NCBI GenBank assembly: GCA_964629085.1
Contig: CAZVPR010000011.1
Coordinates: forward strand, 2,776 to 66,775
DNA length: 64,000 nucleotides
Source: an uncultured Anaerolineales bacterium
GTDB lineage: Bacteria; Chloroflexota; Anaerolineae; Anaerolineales; UBA11858
Direction of reading: 5' to 3'
The translations under genes and the position numbers were made by a program. This document shows positions 18,741 to 27,719 of the stretch, piece by piece (the stretch's first letter is position 1; each line of letters begins with the position of its first letter). A model generated the notes under the pieces. The model saw nothing but the letters and a program-made list of their open reading frames with translations, ran no database searches and was not told where the DNA came from.

Positions 18741-20132
18741 ATGATGGATTGGAAAGGTAGACGGGTGCTGATTGTTGGCGTTGCACGCCAGGGGACAGCT
18801 TTAGCGCGCTACCTGATGAATCAGGGTGCTACTGTTGTGCTCAACGATCTGCGAACTTCCGATGAGCTTTCCGAAATCAAGCAACAGTTGAAAGACCTGG
18901 CCGTGGAATGGGTATTGGGTGACCATCCTTTGGATATATTGAATGGTATGGATCTGGTCTGTATTTCGGGTGGTGTGCCCATTACTCTACCTTTGGTGGT
19001 GGCAGCACAATCTCGAGAGATACCCATCTCCAATGATTCGCAAATTTTTATGGAAGTCGTTCCGTGCCCTGTGATTGGCATCACCGGTTCTGCGGGGAAG
19101 ACGACCACAACATCGCTGATAGGCAAAATGGCTGCCGTAGCGGCCGATGAATCTAGAGAGATGACCCGTGTTTGGGTTGGCGGCAATATCGGCAATCCCT
19201 TAATATCGCATGTTGATGAGATGGGCGCCAATGACCTGGTTGTCATGGAATTGTCAAGTTTTCAGTTGGAACAAATGACGCTGTCTCCTCAAATAGCCGC
19301 AGTCCTGAACATTACTCCAAACCATCTCGATCGGCATGGCACAATGGATGCTTATACAGCAGCAAAAACGCGCATTCTTGATTTTCAGGCTTATGCCGAT
19401 ACGGCTGTTTTAGATCGGGATGATCCTGGGGCCTGGAGCTTGGTGGAATCTGTTCGAGGTGAATTGATTTCCTTTGGAATGTCGCGCCCCCCCGAAGGTC
19501 AGCGTGGAATTTTCCTGGAAGATGGCTGGATCAAGCTCTGGGATCGATCATCAGCTCAAGAAATTCTTCATCAAGATGGTATAAATTTGCGAGGCGAGCA
19601 CAACCAGAAAAATGTTTTGGCAGCTTGTGCGATTGCTGCAGCGGCCTCTTTTTCTATCGAATCAATGCAAAAGGGGGTTGAAGAATTTCATGGAGTCCCT
19701 CATCGGTTGGAATTGGTCCGCTCTTGGAAAGGGATCGATTGGTACAACGATTCTATTGCTACTGCACCTGAACGTGCTGTAGCCGCGATCAGGTCATTCG
19801 ATGAGCCGTTAGTGCTATTAGTTGGTGGTCGTGATAAGAACCTGCCCTGGGAAGAATTGGCTGCGTTGGTTGTACAGCGTGTTGATCATCTGGTTATCTT
19901 CGGTGAAGCGACAGACTTGATTGAACGAGCAATTAAGGGTGCGAATCCTGCTGGACGACCCTATTCTATGGCGGTTTGTCGAGGTTTACGAGAAGCTGTA
20001 GGTAAAGCGGCCGAAGTGGCCGAGCCAGGGAGTATAGTATTACTTGCCCCGGGCGGAACAAGTTTTGACGAGTTTGTAGATTTTGCCGAACGAGGAGAAT
20101 GGTTTCGAAAATGGGTCAACGAACTAAGCTGA
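18741..20132 (+). CDS. murD: UDP-N-acetylmuramoylalanine--D-glutamate ligase MurD
   Basis: N-terminal Rossmann-like VLIVGVARQG, P-loop GITGSAGKTTTT, Mur ligase central and C-terminal domains. Confidence 0.93.
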   Translation: MMDWKGRRVLIVGVARQGTALARYLMNQGATVVLNDLRTSDELSEIKQQLKDLAVEWVLGDHPLDILNGMDLVCISGGVPITLPLVVAAQSREIPISNDSQIFMEVVPCPVIGITGSAGKTTTTSLIGKMAAVAADESREMTRVWVGGNIGNPLISHVDEMGANDLVVMELSSFQLEQMTLSPQIAAVLNITPNHLDRHGTMDAYTAAKTRILDFQAYADTAVLDRDDPGAWSLVESVRGELISFGMSRPPEGQRGIFLEDGWIKLWDRSSAQEILHQDGINLRGEHNQKNVLAACAIAAAASFSIESMQKGVEEFHGVPHRLELVRSWKGIDWYNDSIATAPERAVAAIRSFDEPLVLLVGGRDKNLPWEELAALVVQRVDHLVIFGEATDLIERAIKGANPAGRPYSMAVCRGLREAVGKAAEVAEPGSIVLLAPGGTSFDEFVDFAERGEWFRKWVNELS

Positions 20133-21370
20133 CCAAACGAAAATCACGGGGCAGTCGGTCATCCCGTATGAGCTTCGATGTAATCTTGATCCTAGTGACG
20201 ATTACCTTGATTGGTTTTGGATTGGTGATGATGCATTCGGCCAGTTGGGATGCCTCGCTTGAATTGACTGAAGCGGATGAAAATTTGGAACGCTCGCCAA
20301 CCTATTTGTTTTATCGGCAATTACGATGGTTGGGGTTGGGATTTGTTGCGTTGGTTTTTTGTGCCTTTATGGATTATCACAGATGGCATATCCTTTCGAT
20401 TCTGGCGATGGTCTTTTCGATAGGTATGTTGCTGGCCGTATTGATCATTGGTGAAGAATTTGAAGGGGTTACGCGCAGCTTCTTGAACGGGTCCGTCCAG
20501 CCCTCGGAGTTAGCAAAATTTGTCGTTGTTGTATATCTTGCGGTCTGGTTGTATGCCAAGCGAGATCAGTTGGGAAACATTGGATTTGGATTGATTCCCT
20601 TAGGTGCTATCGTTGGAATTATGGGTGGTCTTATTTTACGACAGCCAGATTTGAGTGCTGCGGGAATGGTTTTTATTCTGGGCGGATTGATGTATTACTT
20701 GGCCGGAAGCGACGCTATCGAGACGGCGATTTTATTCGTTATCGCTGGTGTGTTGGGTTTCATCATCCTGCGCTTCAATCCGATCGATAATGATCGAGTG
20801 AAGTTTTTTATCGAGGGCTGGAATGATATTTTGGCTTCATCAGATCATGTTATGCATTCGCTCGTCGCCTTTGTGAGAGGAAGTTGGCTGGGCGCAGGCG
20901 TTGGTCGTGGGATCACGAAACTGACCACGCTGCCATTTGCTCATACAGACAGTGTTTTTGCGGTCGTTGGCGAAGAGACAGGTGTTTTTGGTGCTTCAAT
21001 ATTAGTTATCTTATATGCAGCTTTGTTCTGGCGTGGATTGGTAATTGCCAGGCAAGCGCCAGATGGTCTTGGAGCGCTTTTAGCGGCCGGGTTGACCATG
21101 TGGATCACATTGGAAGCCTATATGAATATGGCTTCGTTGTTGGGGTTGATGCCTTTTGCTGGAAATACGCTGCCATTTTTTAGTATTGGTGGATCCAGCC
21201 TGCTAATGTCAATGGCTGCCCTCGGTATTGTGTTGAATGTATCTAGAATGTCGGAAACCAAGCAAGTAGAAGAATCACGGAGGTCTTTCGGTGCGATTGT
21301 TAGTTTGCGCAGGCGGGACTGGCGGAGGCGTGTACCCCGCTCTCGCCGCTCTCGAACAGCTACTCGTTGA
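20111..21370 (+). CDS. ftsW: Peptidoglycan glycosyltransferase FtsW (SEDS family)
   Basis: SEDS pattern (LVMMHSAS, PSELAKF, FAHTDSVFAVVGEETG). The start is ambiguous (ATG 20099, 20111 or 20168). The 3' end overlaps murG by 80 nt in another frame. Confidence 0.88.
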   Translation: MGQRTKLTKRKSRGSRSSRMSFDVILILVTITLIGFGLVMMHSASWDASLELTEADENLERSPTYLFYRQLRWLGLGFVALVFCAFMDYHRWHILSILAMVFSIGMLLAVLIIGEEFEGVTRSFLNGSVQPSELAKFVVVVYLAVWLYAKRDQLGNIGFGLIPLGAIVGIMGGLILRQPDLSAAGMVFILGGLMYYLAGSDAIETAILFVIAGVLGFIILRFNPIDNDRVKFFIEGWNDILASSDHVMHSLVAFVRGSWLGAGVGRGITKLTTLPFAHTDSVFAVVGEETGVFGASILVILYAALFWRGLVIARQAPDGLGALLAAGLTMWITLEAYMNMASLLGLMPFAGNTLPFFSIGGSSLLMSMAALGIVLNVSRMSETKQVEESRRSFGAIVSLRRRDWRRRVPRSRRSRTATR

Positions 21371-22406
21371 TCAATCAGATGTCGAGATTTTGTGGGTTGG
21401 TGGAGAAGGTGGCATGGAAACAGGTTTGATTTCCCAGGCTGGTCTGGAATTCAAGGCTATTCCGGCTGCTGGTGTTCATGGTGTTAGTTTGCGCGCATTG
21501 CCGGGTAATTTGATCAAGTTGCTGCAAGGGTTTTTCGCCGCTAGAAATATCCTTCGCCAGTTTCGACCTGATGTGATGTTTTTTACTGGCGGCTATGTAT
21601 CTGTCCCTGTGGCATTAGCTGGTATGAAGATTCCTGTCGCTCTTTTCGTGCCGGATATTGAACCTGGGTTAGCCTTAAAAACATTGACTCACTTCGCGGA
21701 TCGTATAACGGTGAGTGCGAAAGACTCACTGGCATTCTATTCAAGGCAGCGCAATGTGGTTGTGACAGGCTACCCCACTCGAAAGGAGCTCCAGAATTGG
21801 GATCGTACGCAAGCGCAAAAAGCTCTTGGTTTAGATCCGGAATTAGTGACATTGTTGGTTTTTGGTGGCAGTAAAGGGGCTCGTTCTATCAACAGGGCCT
21901 TATTCTCCGCTTTGCCTCAATTGTTGCCCGAGATGCAAATAGTACATGTAACTGGAGAATTAAATTGGCCTGAAGTTGAACCAGTGCATAAGAGTTTAGC
22001 TGGTGAAGTGGCAGAGCGTTACTATCCATATCCATATCTTCACGCAGAAATGGGTGCGGCTTTCAAGGTTGCGGACCTGGTGTTATCTAGAGCAGGTGCA
22101 TCATGCCTGGGTGAATTTCCACTTTTTGGCTTGCCAGCCATATTGGTTCCATATCCGCATGCCTGGCGATATCAGAAAGTAAATGCTGATTACATGATCC
22201 GTCAAAATGCAGCTGTTCTTTTGCAGGATGCTGATCTTACGGGCAAATTTAGCAAAGTTGTGTTGGATTTAGTGCGCGATGAAAAAAGAAGAGCAACGAT
22301 GAGCGCTGCTATGGCATCGTTAGCGCGCCCCGAAGCCGCTTCATCCATAGCTAACATTCTGATTGATTTGGCAAATAATGGCAGTGAACAAGGAAAATCT
22401 TCATGA
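21291..22406 (+). CDS. murG: UDP-GlcNAc:lipid I N-acetylglucosaminyltransferase MurG
   Basis: G-loop GGTGGGVYPALA seven residues from the N-terminus, GGSKGARSIN. GTG 21291 with GGAGG 8 nt upstream. Confidence 0.92.
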   Translation: MRLLVCAGGTGGGVYPALAALEQLLVDQSDVEILWVGGEGGMETGLISQAGLEFKAIPAAGVHGVSLRALPGNLIKLLQGFFAARNILRQFRPDVMFFTGGYVSVPVALAGMKIPVALFVPDIEPGLALKTLTHFADRITVSAKDSLAFYSRQRNVVVTGYPTRKELQNWDRTQAQKALGLDPELVTLLVFGGSKGARSINRALFSALPQLLPEMQIVHVTGELNWPEVEPVHKSLAGEVAERYYPYPYLHAEMGAAFKVADLVLSRAGASCLGEFPLFGLPAILVPYPHAWRYQKVNADYMIRQNAAVLLQDADLTGKFSKVVLDLVRDEKRRATMSAAMASLARPEAASSIANILIDLANNGSEQGKSS

Positions 22407-23053
22407 TTAGTCTGGCCGTTGTATTCTATATTTTCATCTTTTTCTTTGCACTCATTGGTGGTTTACGGGGTTGGGCCAAAGAATTGATTGTCGTATTTAG
22501 CGTTGTGCTTTCTCTATTTGTAATTTGGGTATTGGAATCCTATATCGGGGTTGTTGCAACACCATATATTGAATTAGATAAAAAATATGGCTATGTTGCC
22601 CAAGAAGAACAGGCCGATATCATTGTAATTGAGCCGGAGAACTTGGTGAAATTCAACGGCCTCCCTAATGATCAAGCCCGGAGCGAATATCGCACGCAGT
22701 TTTGGCTGCGAACGACCATCTTAATCATTGTCGTCTTTTTTGGCTATCAAACCCCAATTGTTTTAGCACGGTTAGGAAGGTCTGCCGGAAGGGAGAAGAT
22801 TCAGGATTTTCTCCTGGGTTTGGTGCTAGGGGGTGTGAATGGATATCTCATCATGGGTACCTTATGGTCATATATGCATTCATCCCATTATTTGTTTGAA
22901 CCTTTCATTATTGCTCCTACGGGTGAAGATCCCTTGGTTGAAGCAGCGAAGTCGGTAATCTCGCTATTGCCGCCTGCCTGGCTGAGCACAACGCCGATTA
23001 TCTTTATCGCAATTTGTTTGGCATTTCTATTTGTATTGGTGGTGTTTATCTAA
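22403..23053 (+). CDS. Integral membrane protein, weakly CvpA-like, embedded in the dcw operon
   Basis: 216 aa with about 4-5 TM helices. The N-terminus FFFALIGGLRGWAKELIVVFSVVLSLFV resembles the CvpA-family GxxRGxxxE start at motif level only. ATGA overlap with the murG stop and TAATG overlap with the murC start. Confidence 0.55.
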   Translation: MISLAVVFYIFIFFFALIGGLRGWAKELIVVFSVVLSLFVIWVLESYIGVVATPYIELDKKYGYVAQEEQADIIVIEPENLVKFNGLPNDQARSEYRTQFWLRTTILIIVVFFGYQTPIVLARLGRSAGREKIQDFLLGLVLGGVNGYLIMGTLWSYMHSSHYLFEPFIIAPTGEDPLVEAAKSVISLLPPAWLSTTPIIFIAICLAFLFVLVVFI

Positions 23054-24438
23054 TGAAAAACGTGCACTTCATTGGCATTGGTGGTACTGGTCTATCGGCT
23101 ATTGCTCGCGTGCTGCTCGAAAGCGGCTACGCAGTCACTGGTTCCGATCTGAAACTCTCACCCCTGGCGCTTGATATACAGGCTGCAGGGGCTGAAGTAT
23201 TTGAAGGCCATCATGCCAATAATGTACGCAACCCAGAAATTGTCATTCGTTCTTCGGCAATCCCGGAAGATAACCCGGAAATTGTGGCAGCCAAAGCAAA
23301 GGGCATCCCAGTGCTGAAACGTGCAGATTTCTTGGGTCAATTGTTGGAAAACCGAGTTGGGATCGCAGTGGCGGGATCTCATGGCAAAACAACCACTACG
23401 GCAATGTTAGCCTGGGTGTTAACAGCCCTCGGTCGAGATCCCTCTTTCATTGTTGGAGGTGTGGTCACAAATCTGGGTGTGAACGCTAGCGCTGGCCTGG
23501 GTGACGCATTCGTTATCGAGGCAGATGAGTACGATTACATGTTTTTGGGATTAAAACCCAAAATTGCCGTGATCACGAACGTGGAACATGACCATCCCGA
23601 CATTTTCCCGACCCAGGAAATTTTCCGCAAAGCTTTTCAGGATTTTGTGGGGAATCTGCCACCTCAAGGTGCGCTTTTGGTTTGTGGTGATGACCCAGGA
23701 GTAATAGATACAATTACTGATTTGTCTCTGGATGAAATCATCCTTAGAAAATATGGGATTAGCTCAAATGCATTTGACTATTATGCCAGCAGCCTCATGG
23801 CCAATGACGTTGGTGGTGCAAGTTTCGATTTCTATGCTCATGGTCAATTGATGTCTCATGTGAGTTTGCAGCTTCCGGGTGAGCACAATGTTCAAAATGC
23901 TTTGGCGGTTATGGCAGTAATTGAGTGGATGGAATTATCGGTTGTAGAAGCCTCCCAGGCTCTTGGCGAATTCACTGGCACGGGGCGAAGATTTCAACTT
24001 TCAGGCGAAGTTGCCGGAGTAACGGTCATCGATGATTATGCCCACCACCCCACCGAAATTCGCGCTACCCTGGCTGCTGCCCGCTCTCGATATTCTGAAC
24101 ATCGCATATGGGCCATCTGGCAACCACACACGTACTCCCGTACGAAATTGTTCTTTAACGAGTTCGCAATAGCATTTAATGATGCTGATCGTGTTTTGGT
24201 AACAGAAGTTTATCGTTCACGGGAACCTTTAGATGCAGATTTCTCATCCAGCCAGCTTGTTGATGCTATGCAGCACCAACAAGCGAAGTATACTGGTTCA
24301 CTAGAAAACACCGTCGACACATTTTTGGCTGAAGTTCAGCAGGGCGATATTGTGTTAGTTTTGTCCGCCGGTGATGCAACCTGGATAAGTGAACGTGTAA
24401 TGGAAGAATTAACCAAAGTAGAGATCAAGACGGAGTGA
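23053..24438 (+). CDS. murC: UDP-N-acetylmuramate--L-alanine ligase MurC
   Basis: MKNVHFIGIGGTGLSAIA N-terminus, P-loop VAGSHGKTTTTAM, Mur ligase domains. Start at the TAATG junction. Confidence 0.93.
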   Translation: MKNVHFIGIGGTGLSAIARVLLESGYAVTGSDLKLSPLALDIQAAGAEVFEGHHANNVRNPEIVIRSSAIPEDNPEIVAAKAKGIPVLKRADFLGQLLENRVGIAVAGSHGKTTTTAMLAWVLTALGRDPSFIVGGVVTNLGVNASAGLGDAFVIEADEYDYMFLGLKPKIAVITNVEHDHPDIFPTQEIFRKAFQDFVGNLPPQGALLVCGDDPGVIDTITDLSLDEIILRKYGISSNAFDYYASSLMANDVGGASFDFYAHGQLMSHVSLQLPGEHNVQNALAVMAVIEWMELSVVEASQALGEFTGTGRRFQLSGEVAGVTVIDDYAHHPTEIRATLAAARSRYSEHRIWAIWQPHTYSRTKLFFNEFAIAFNDADRVLVTEVYRSREPLDADFSSSQLVDAMQHQQAKYTGSLENTVDTFLAEVQQGDIVLVLSAGDATWISERVMEELTKVEIKTE

Positions 24439-24442
24439 TTGT

Positions 24443-24625
24443 ATGGATAACCAGAAGCGGATTTTTGAATCTGAGAGCTTAGTTATGCCTTCATTTTCTC
24501 TCCGATCAACACAAACGTTGGAAGAAAAACTTGATGCCGAGGATGTGCAAAAAGCTGAGAAGGTGTTCAACATTCTTTCTGAAGAATTAATTGCAGAAAT
24601 TATTGAACGGATTAAATCACTGTAG
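24443..24625 (+). CDS. Small acidic hypothetical protein (60 aa) between murC and murB
   Basis: The ORF exactly fills the only sizeable gap in the operon (murC stop 24438, murB start 24630). GGAG (24432-24435) lies 7-8 nt upstream of the ATG. C-terminal half predicted helical (EEKLDAEDVQKAEKVFNILSEELIAEIIERIKSL). No family recognised. Confidence 0.4.
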   Translation: MDNQKRIFESESLVMPSFSLRSTQTLEEKLDAEDVQKAEKVFNILSEELIAEIIERIKSL

Positions 24626-24629
24626 AAGT

Positions 24630-25568
24630 ATGAGTATGATGGTCGCTGAAACTTCAATTCCCTATCTGCGCTCCGTTTTTGGAGGAAAGCTAAAAACGGA
24701 TGTTTCGCTGGCACGTTACACGGCATCTCGTGTTGGTGGCTTGGCGCGGGCAATGGTAGTTGTAGATTCAGTAGATGATTTGGCAATTGCAGCCGATGAG
24801 TTATGGGCATCAGATACGCCTTTCGTGGTACTTGGAGGCGGCTCAAATATTTTAGTGAGCGATGCCGGTGTACTCGAGGTTGTTGTGCTGAATCGGGCAC
24901 GAGATATTCAATTTTCCGAAGACATGCAGTCACCTTCGGTTTGGGCGGGTTCAGGCGCCAATTTTGGCAGTATTGCCCGTAGAGCAGCCTCTCATGGGCT
25001 GTCTGGTTTGGAATGGGCTGCAGGCATTCCCGGGACGATTGGGGGCGCAGTTTTTGGCAATGCCGGTGCTCATGGAGACGATGTGGCCGGATGTTTACAA
25101 ATGGCAGATATCTTGCACCGAGATGGACGCAGGCTGCAATACTCGGCTCCAGAATTACAATTTTCCTATCGGTCAAGCCTGTTGAAGCGGGAGAAAATTG
25201 ATGCGATAGTTTTATCTGCTTCTTTCGGTTTGGCTTCTGCGTCTCCCCAGAGCGTGCAGCAAAAAATGGATGAATTTACAGAATTCCGCCGTCGAACCCA
25301 GCCGCCAGGCGCTAGTATGGGCTCGATGTTCAAGAACCCCCCTGATGATTTTGCTGGACGTTTGATCGAGCAGGCGGGATTGAAAGGAACTCAAGTCGGT
25401 GACGCTCAAATTAGCGATTTGCACGCGAATTTCTTTATTAATAGAGGTAATGCCACGGCAGACGACATTCTCTATTTGATTGAGTTAGCTCAGAGAACGG
25501 TAAAAACGAAGTTTGGCGTGATACTGGATTTAGAGATTGAACTAGTTGGAGACTGGTCAAATGTCTAA
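24630..25568 (+). CDS. murB: UDP-N-acetylenolpyruvoylglucosamine reductase MurB
   Basis: FAD-binding domain (VLGGGSNILVSD), GAGANFG-like segment, C-terminal MurB domain (GSMFKNP, GDAQISDLHANFFIN). Confidence 0.92.
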   Translation: MSMMVAETSIPYLRSVFGGKLKTDVSLARYTASRVGGLARAMVVVDSVDDLAIAADELWASDTPFVVLGGGSNILVSDAGVLEVVVLNRARDIQFSEDMQSPSVWAGSGANFGSIARRAASHGLSGLEWAAGIPGTIGGAVFGNAGAHGDDVAGCLQMADILHRDGRRLQYSAPELQFSYRSSLLKREKIDAIVLSASFGLASASPQSVQQKMDEFTEFRRRTQPPGASMGSMFKNPPDDFAGRLIEQAGLKGTQVGDAQISDLHANFFINRGNATADDILYLIELAQRTVKTKFGVILDLEIELVGDWSNV

Positions 25569-26682
25569 TGACAAACTAAAAGTTGGCGTAATTTTTGGTG
25601 GCCGATCTGGCGAACATGAGGTTTCTTTAATGTCGGCGCGTTCGGTCTTGAACGCCATGGATCGTCAGAAATACGACGTCACTGAGATTGGTATCACACA
25701 TGATGGAGTCTGGTTGGTTGGTGAAAACGTACTTGAGAGTTTCTTGAATGGTGATTTGTCTCGTTTAGTGCCGGCCACTTTGTTGCCAGACCCAACCCGA
25801 CCTGGACTGTATGAAATCTCAGATTCAAAAAATGACTCAACCTTCGCTTATCGGCAGGAATTTGATGTTCTGGTTCCGATTTTACACGGCACTTTCGGGG
25901 AAGACGGAACACTTCAAGGCTTGTTTGAAATGGCAAATATTGCCTACGTCGGTGCGGGTGTCTTGGGAGCGTCCGTGGGGATGGATAAAGGCGTTTTCAA
26001 GTCTGTCATGATTGCCAATGACATTCCGGTTGTCGAAGGAGTCATTATTTTGCGCAGTGATATGGCAGAAGATATGGATGCCCCGTTGGATCATATTGAG
26101 GCTATGACGAATTATCCAGTATTTGTGAAACCAGCTAATATGGGCTCCTCAGTAGGCGTAAGTAAGTGCTACAACCGTTCCGATTTATTGGAAGGATTGA
26201 TGGAGGCAGCACGCTTTGATCGCCGAGTGTTGGTTGAGAAAGGTGTAAATGCCCGAGAAATCGAAATCAGCGTTTTGGGTAACGATAACCCCCAAGCCTC
26301 TGTAGCTGGCGAAATTCGCCCGGTGGCTGATTTCTATTCCTACGAGGCAAAATACCACGATGACCGGTCAGAAGCTTTTATTCCGGCAGATATACCAGAA
26401 ATTACATCCAAAGAAATGAGAGAAATGGCGGTTCGTGCGTATAAAGCCATCGATTGTGCGGGAATGGCCAGAGTTGATTTCTTGCTGGATAAAGATACTG
26501 GTAATTTCTTTATTAATGAGGTCAACACGATTCCTGGTTTCACCAACATTAGTATGTATCCGAAGCTTTGGGAAGCCAGTGGTTTGCCCTATCCACAATT
26601 AGTAGATAAGCTCATTGATTTGGCAATTGAGCGCCGTGCCCAGCGAGATCGCACGGAGTGGCGATATAGTAGAGATGACTAA
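25561..26682 (+). CDS. ddl: D-alanine--D-alanine ligase
   Basis: VGVIFGGRSGEHEVSLMSA, HGTFGEDGTLQGLFE, ATP-grasp C-terminal region (FINEVNTIPGFT). 8-nt overlap with murB. Confidence 0.93.
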   Translation: MSNDKLKVGVIFGGRSGEHEVSLMSARSVLNAMDRQKYDVTEIGITHDGVWLVGENVLESFLNGDLSRLVPATLLPDPTRPGLYEISDSKNDSTFAYRQEFDVLVPILHGTFGEDGTLQGLFEMANIAYVGAGVLGASVGMDKGVFKSVMIANDIPVVEGVIILRSDMAEDMDAPLDHIEAMTNYPVFVKPANMGSSVGVSKCYNRSDLLEGLMEAARFDRRVLVEKGVNAREIEISVLGNDNPQASVAGEIRPVADFYSYEAKYHDDRSEAFIPADIPEITSKEMREMAVRAYKAIDCAGMARVDFLLDKDTGNFFINEVNTIPGFTNISMYPKLWEASGLPYPQLVDKLIDLAIERRAQRDRTEWRYSRDD

Positions 26683-26700
26683 ATAAGATTAAAAAGTTAA

Positions 26701-27714
26701 ATGACACAAAAGCAGAACGCTCCCTCTCGGGCTGAGAAAATCCGAGAAAGACGCCAAAAAAGCCATCAGAATCCAAGGCGAAGTAAACGTGCCAAGCAAA
26801 GCCTTTCGCTATCGGATAGTGCTCCTGTTATGGTGCGGAGATCACCACGCTCAGATGCAAAAAATAATCGGCGCAAAAAACGTATCAAGCGCCGGTATGA
26901 TATCTCGTTGCCATCCCCTGGTGTGGAAATGAGGCTGCCATCCGTACCCTCGTTGAAAATTGGTTGGCGGTTATTCTCTCTCCTGCTTTTGATTGGGTTG
27001 TCATACGCTCTTTACTTTATTTGGAGTTCTCCAGCATTTTTGGTTCAAGATGTACAGGTAGAAGGCACGGTTCAATATACACCAGATCATATTACTCGTA
27101 GTCTGCTTGTCTATCAAAAGCCAGTATTTCTCCTTGAACCAGAAAAAGTTGAGCAGCAATTAATTGATCAAATCCCGGGATTGAAGGCAGCCAATGTGAA
27201 GGTGGAATTTCCGGCAACTGTGTCGATCATGGTAGAAGAAAGGATTCCCCTGATTTTATGGGAGCAGGGCGACATTAGTCTATGGGTTGATTCCCAGGGA
27301 ATTGCTTTCGAACCGCCAGGACTAGCTTTAGGGGTAGTCCATGTTCAGGCATCAATCGACCCTCCAGCGCCAATATCCTCTGATTTTGAATTGCCTGATG
27401 AAAACGAATCTCCTCTGAATTCCGAATTAGTAAATGCCGCAAAGGTGTTTATGACCCCCGCGATGGTCTCGGCAATTCTTTCTTTAGGAAATCATCTGCC
27501 GGAAGGGGCGGCGTTACTTTATGATGGAGAACATGGATTTGGTTGGCGCGATCCCAGCGGATGGGATGTATATTTTGGATTGAGTGATGAAGATATGACC
27601 ATGAAACTGAAGGTCTATGCTTCAGTTATCAATAAGTTACAGGCGGATGGAATTCATCCTGCGATTGTCAGTGTTGAATTTCTACACGCCCCATTTTATC
27701 GAACGGAACGCTAA
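26701..27714 (+). CDS. ftsQ: Cell division protein FtsQ/DivIB (POTRA domain) with a basic N-terminal tail
   Basis: Lys/Arg-rich cytoplasmic N-terminus, one TM helix (LFSLLLLIGLSYALYFIW), then a POTRA-like VQDVQVEGT segment. Canonical position before ftsA. Confidence 0.8.
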   Translation: MTQKQNAPSRAEKIRERRQKSHQNPRRSKRAKQSLSLSDSAPVMVRRSPRSDAKNNRRKKRIKRRYDISLPSPGVEMRLPSVPSLKIGWRLFSLLLLIGLSYALYFIWSSPAFLVQDVQVEGTVQYTPDHITRSLLVYQKPVFLLEPEKVEQQLIDQIPGLKAANVKVEFPATVSIMVEERIPLILWEQGDISLWVDSQGIAFEPPGLALGVVHVQASIDPPAPISSDFELPDENESPLNSELVNAAKVFMTPAMVSAILSLGNHLPEGAALLYDGEHGFGWRDPSGWDVYFGLSDEDMTMKLKVYASVINKLQADGIHPAIVSVEFLHAPFYRTER

Positions 27715-27719
27715 ATTCT

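Noticed and set aside
24409-25176. 255-aa minus-strand ORF opposite the murC end, the small ORF and murB
   Set aside because: It runs antisense to a tightly coupled operon and to a well-supported murB. It is Pro/Arg/Ser/His-rich with no domain signature, which is typical of a shadow ORF.
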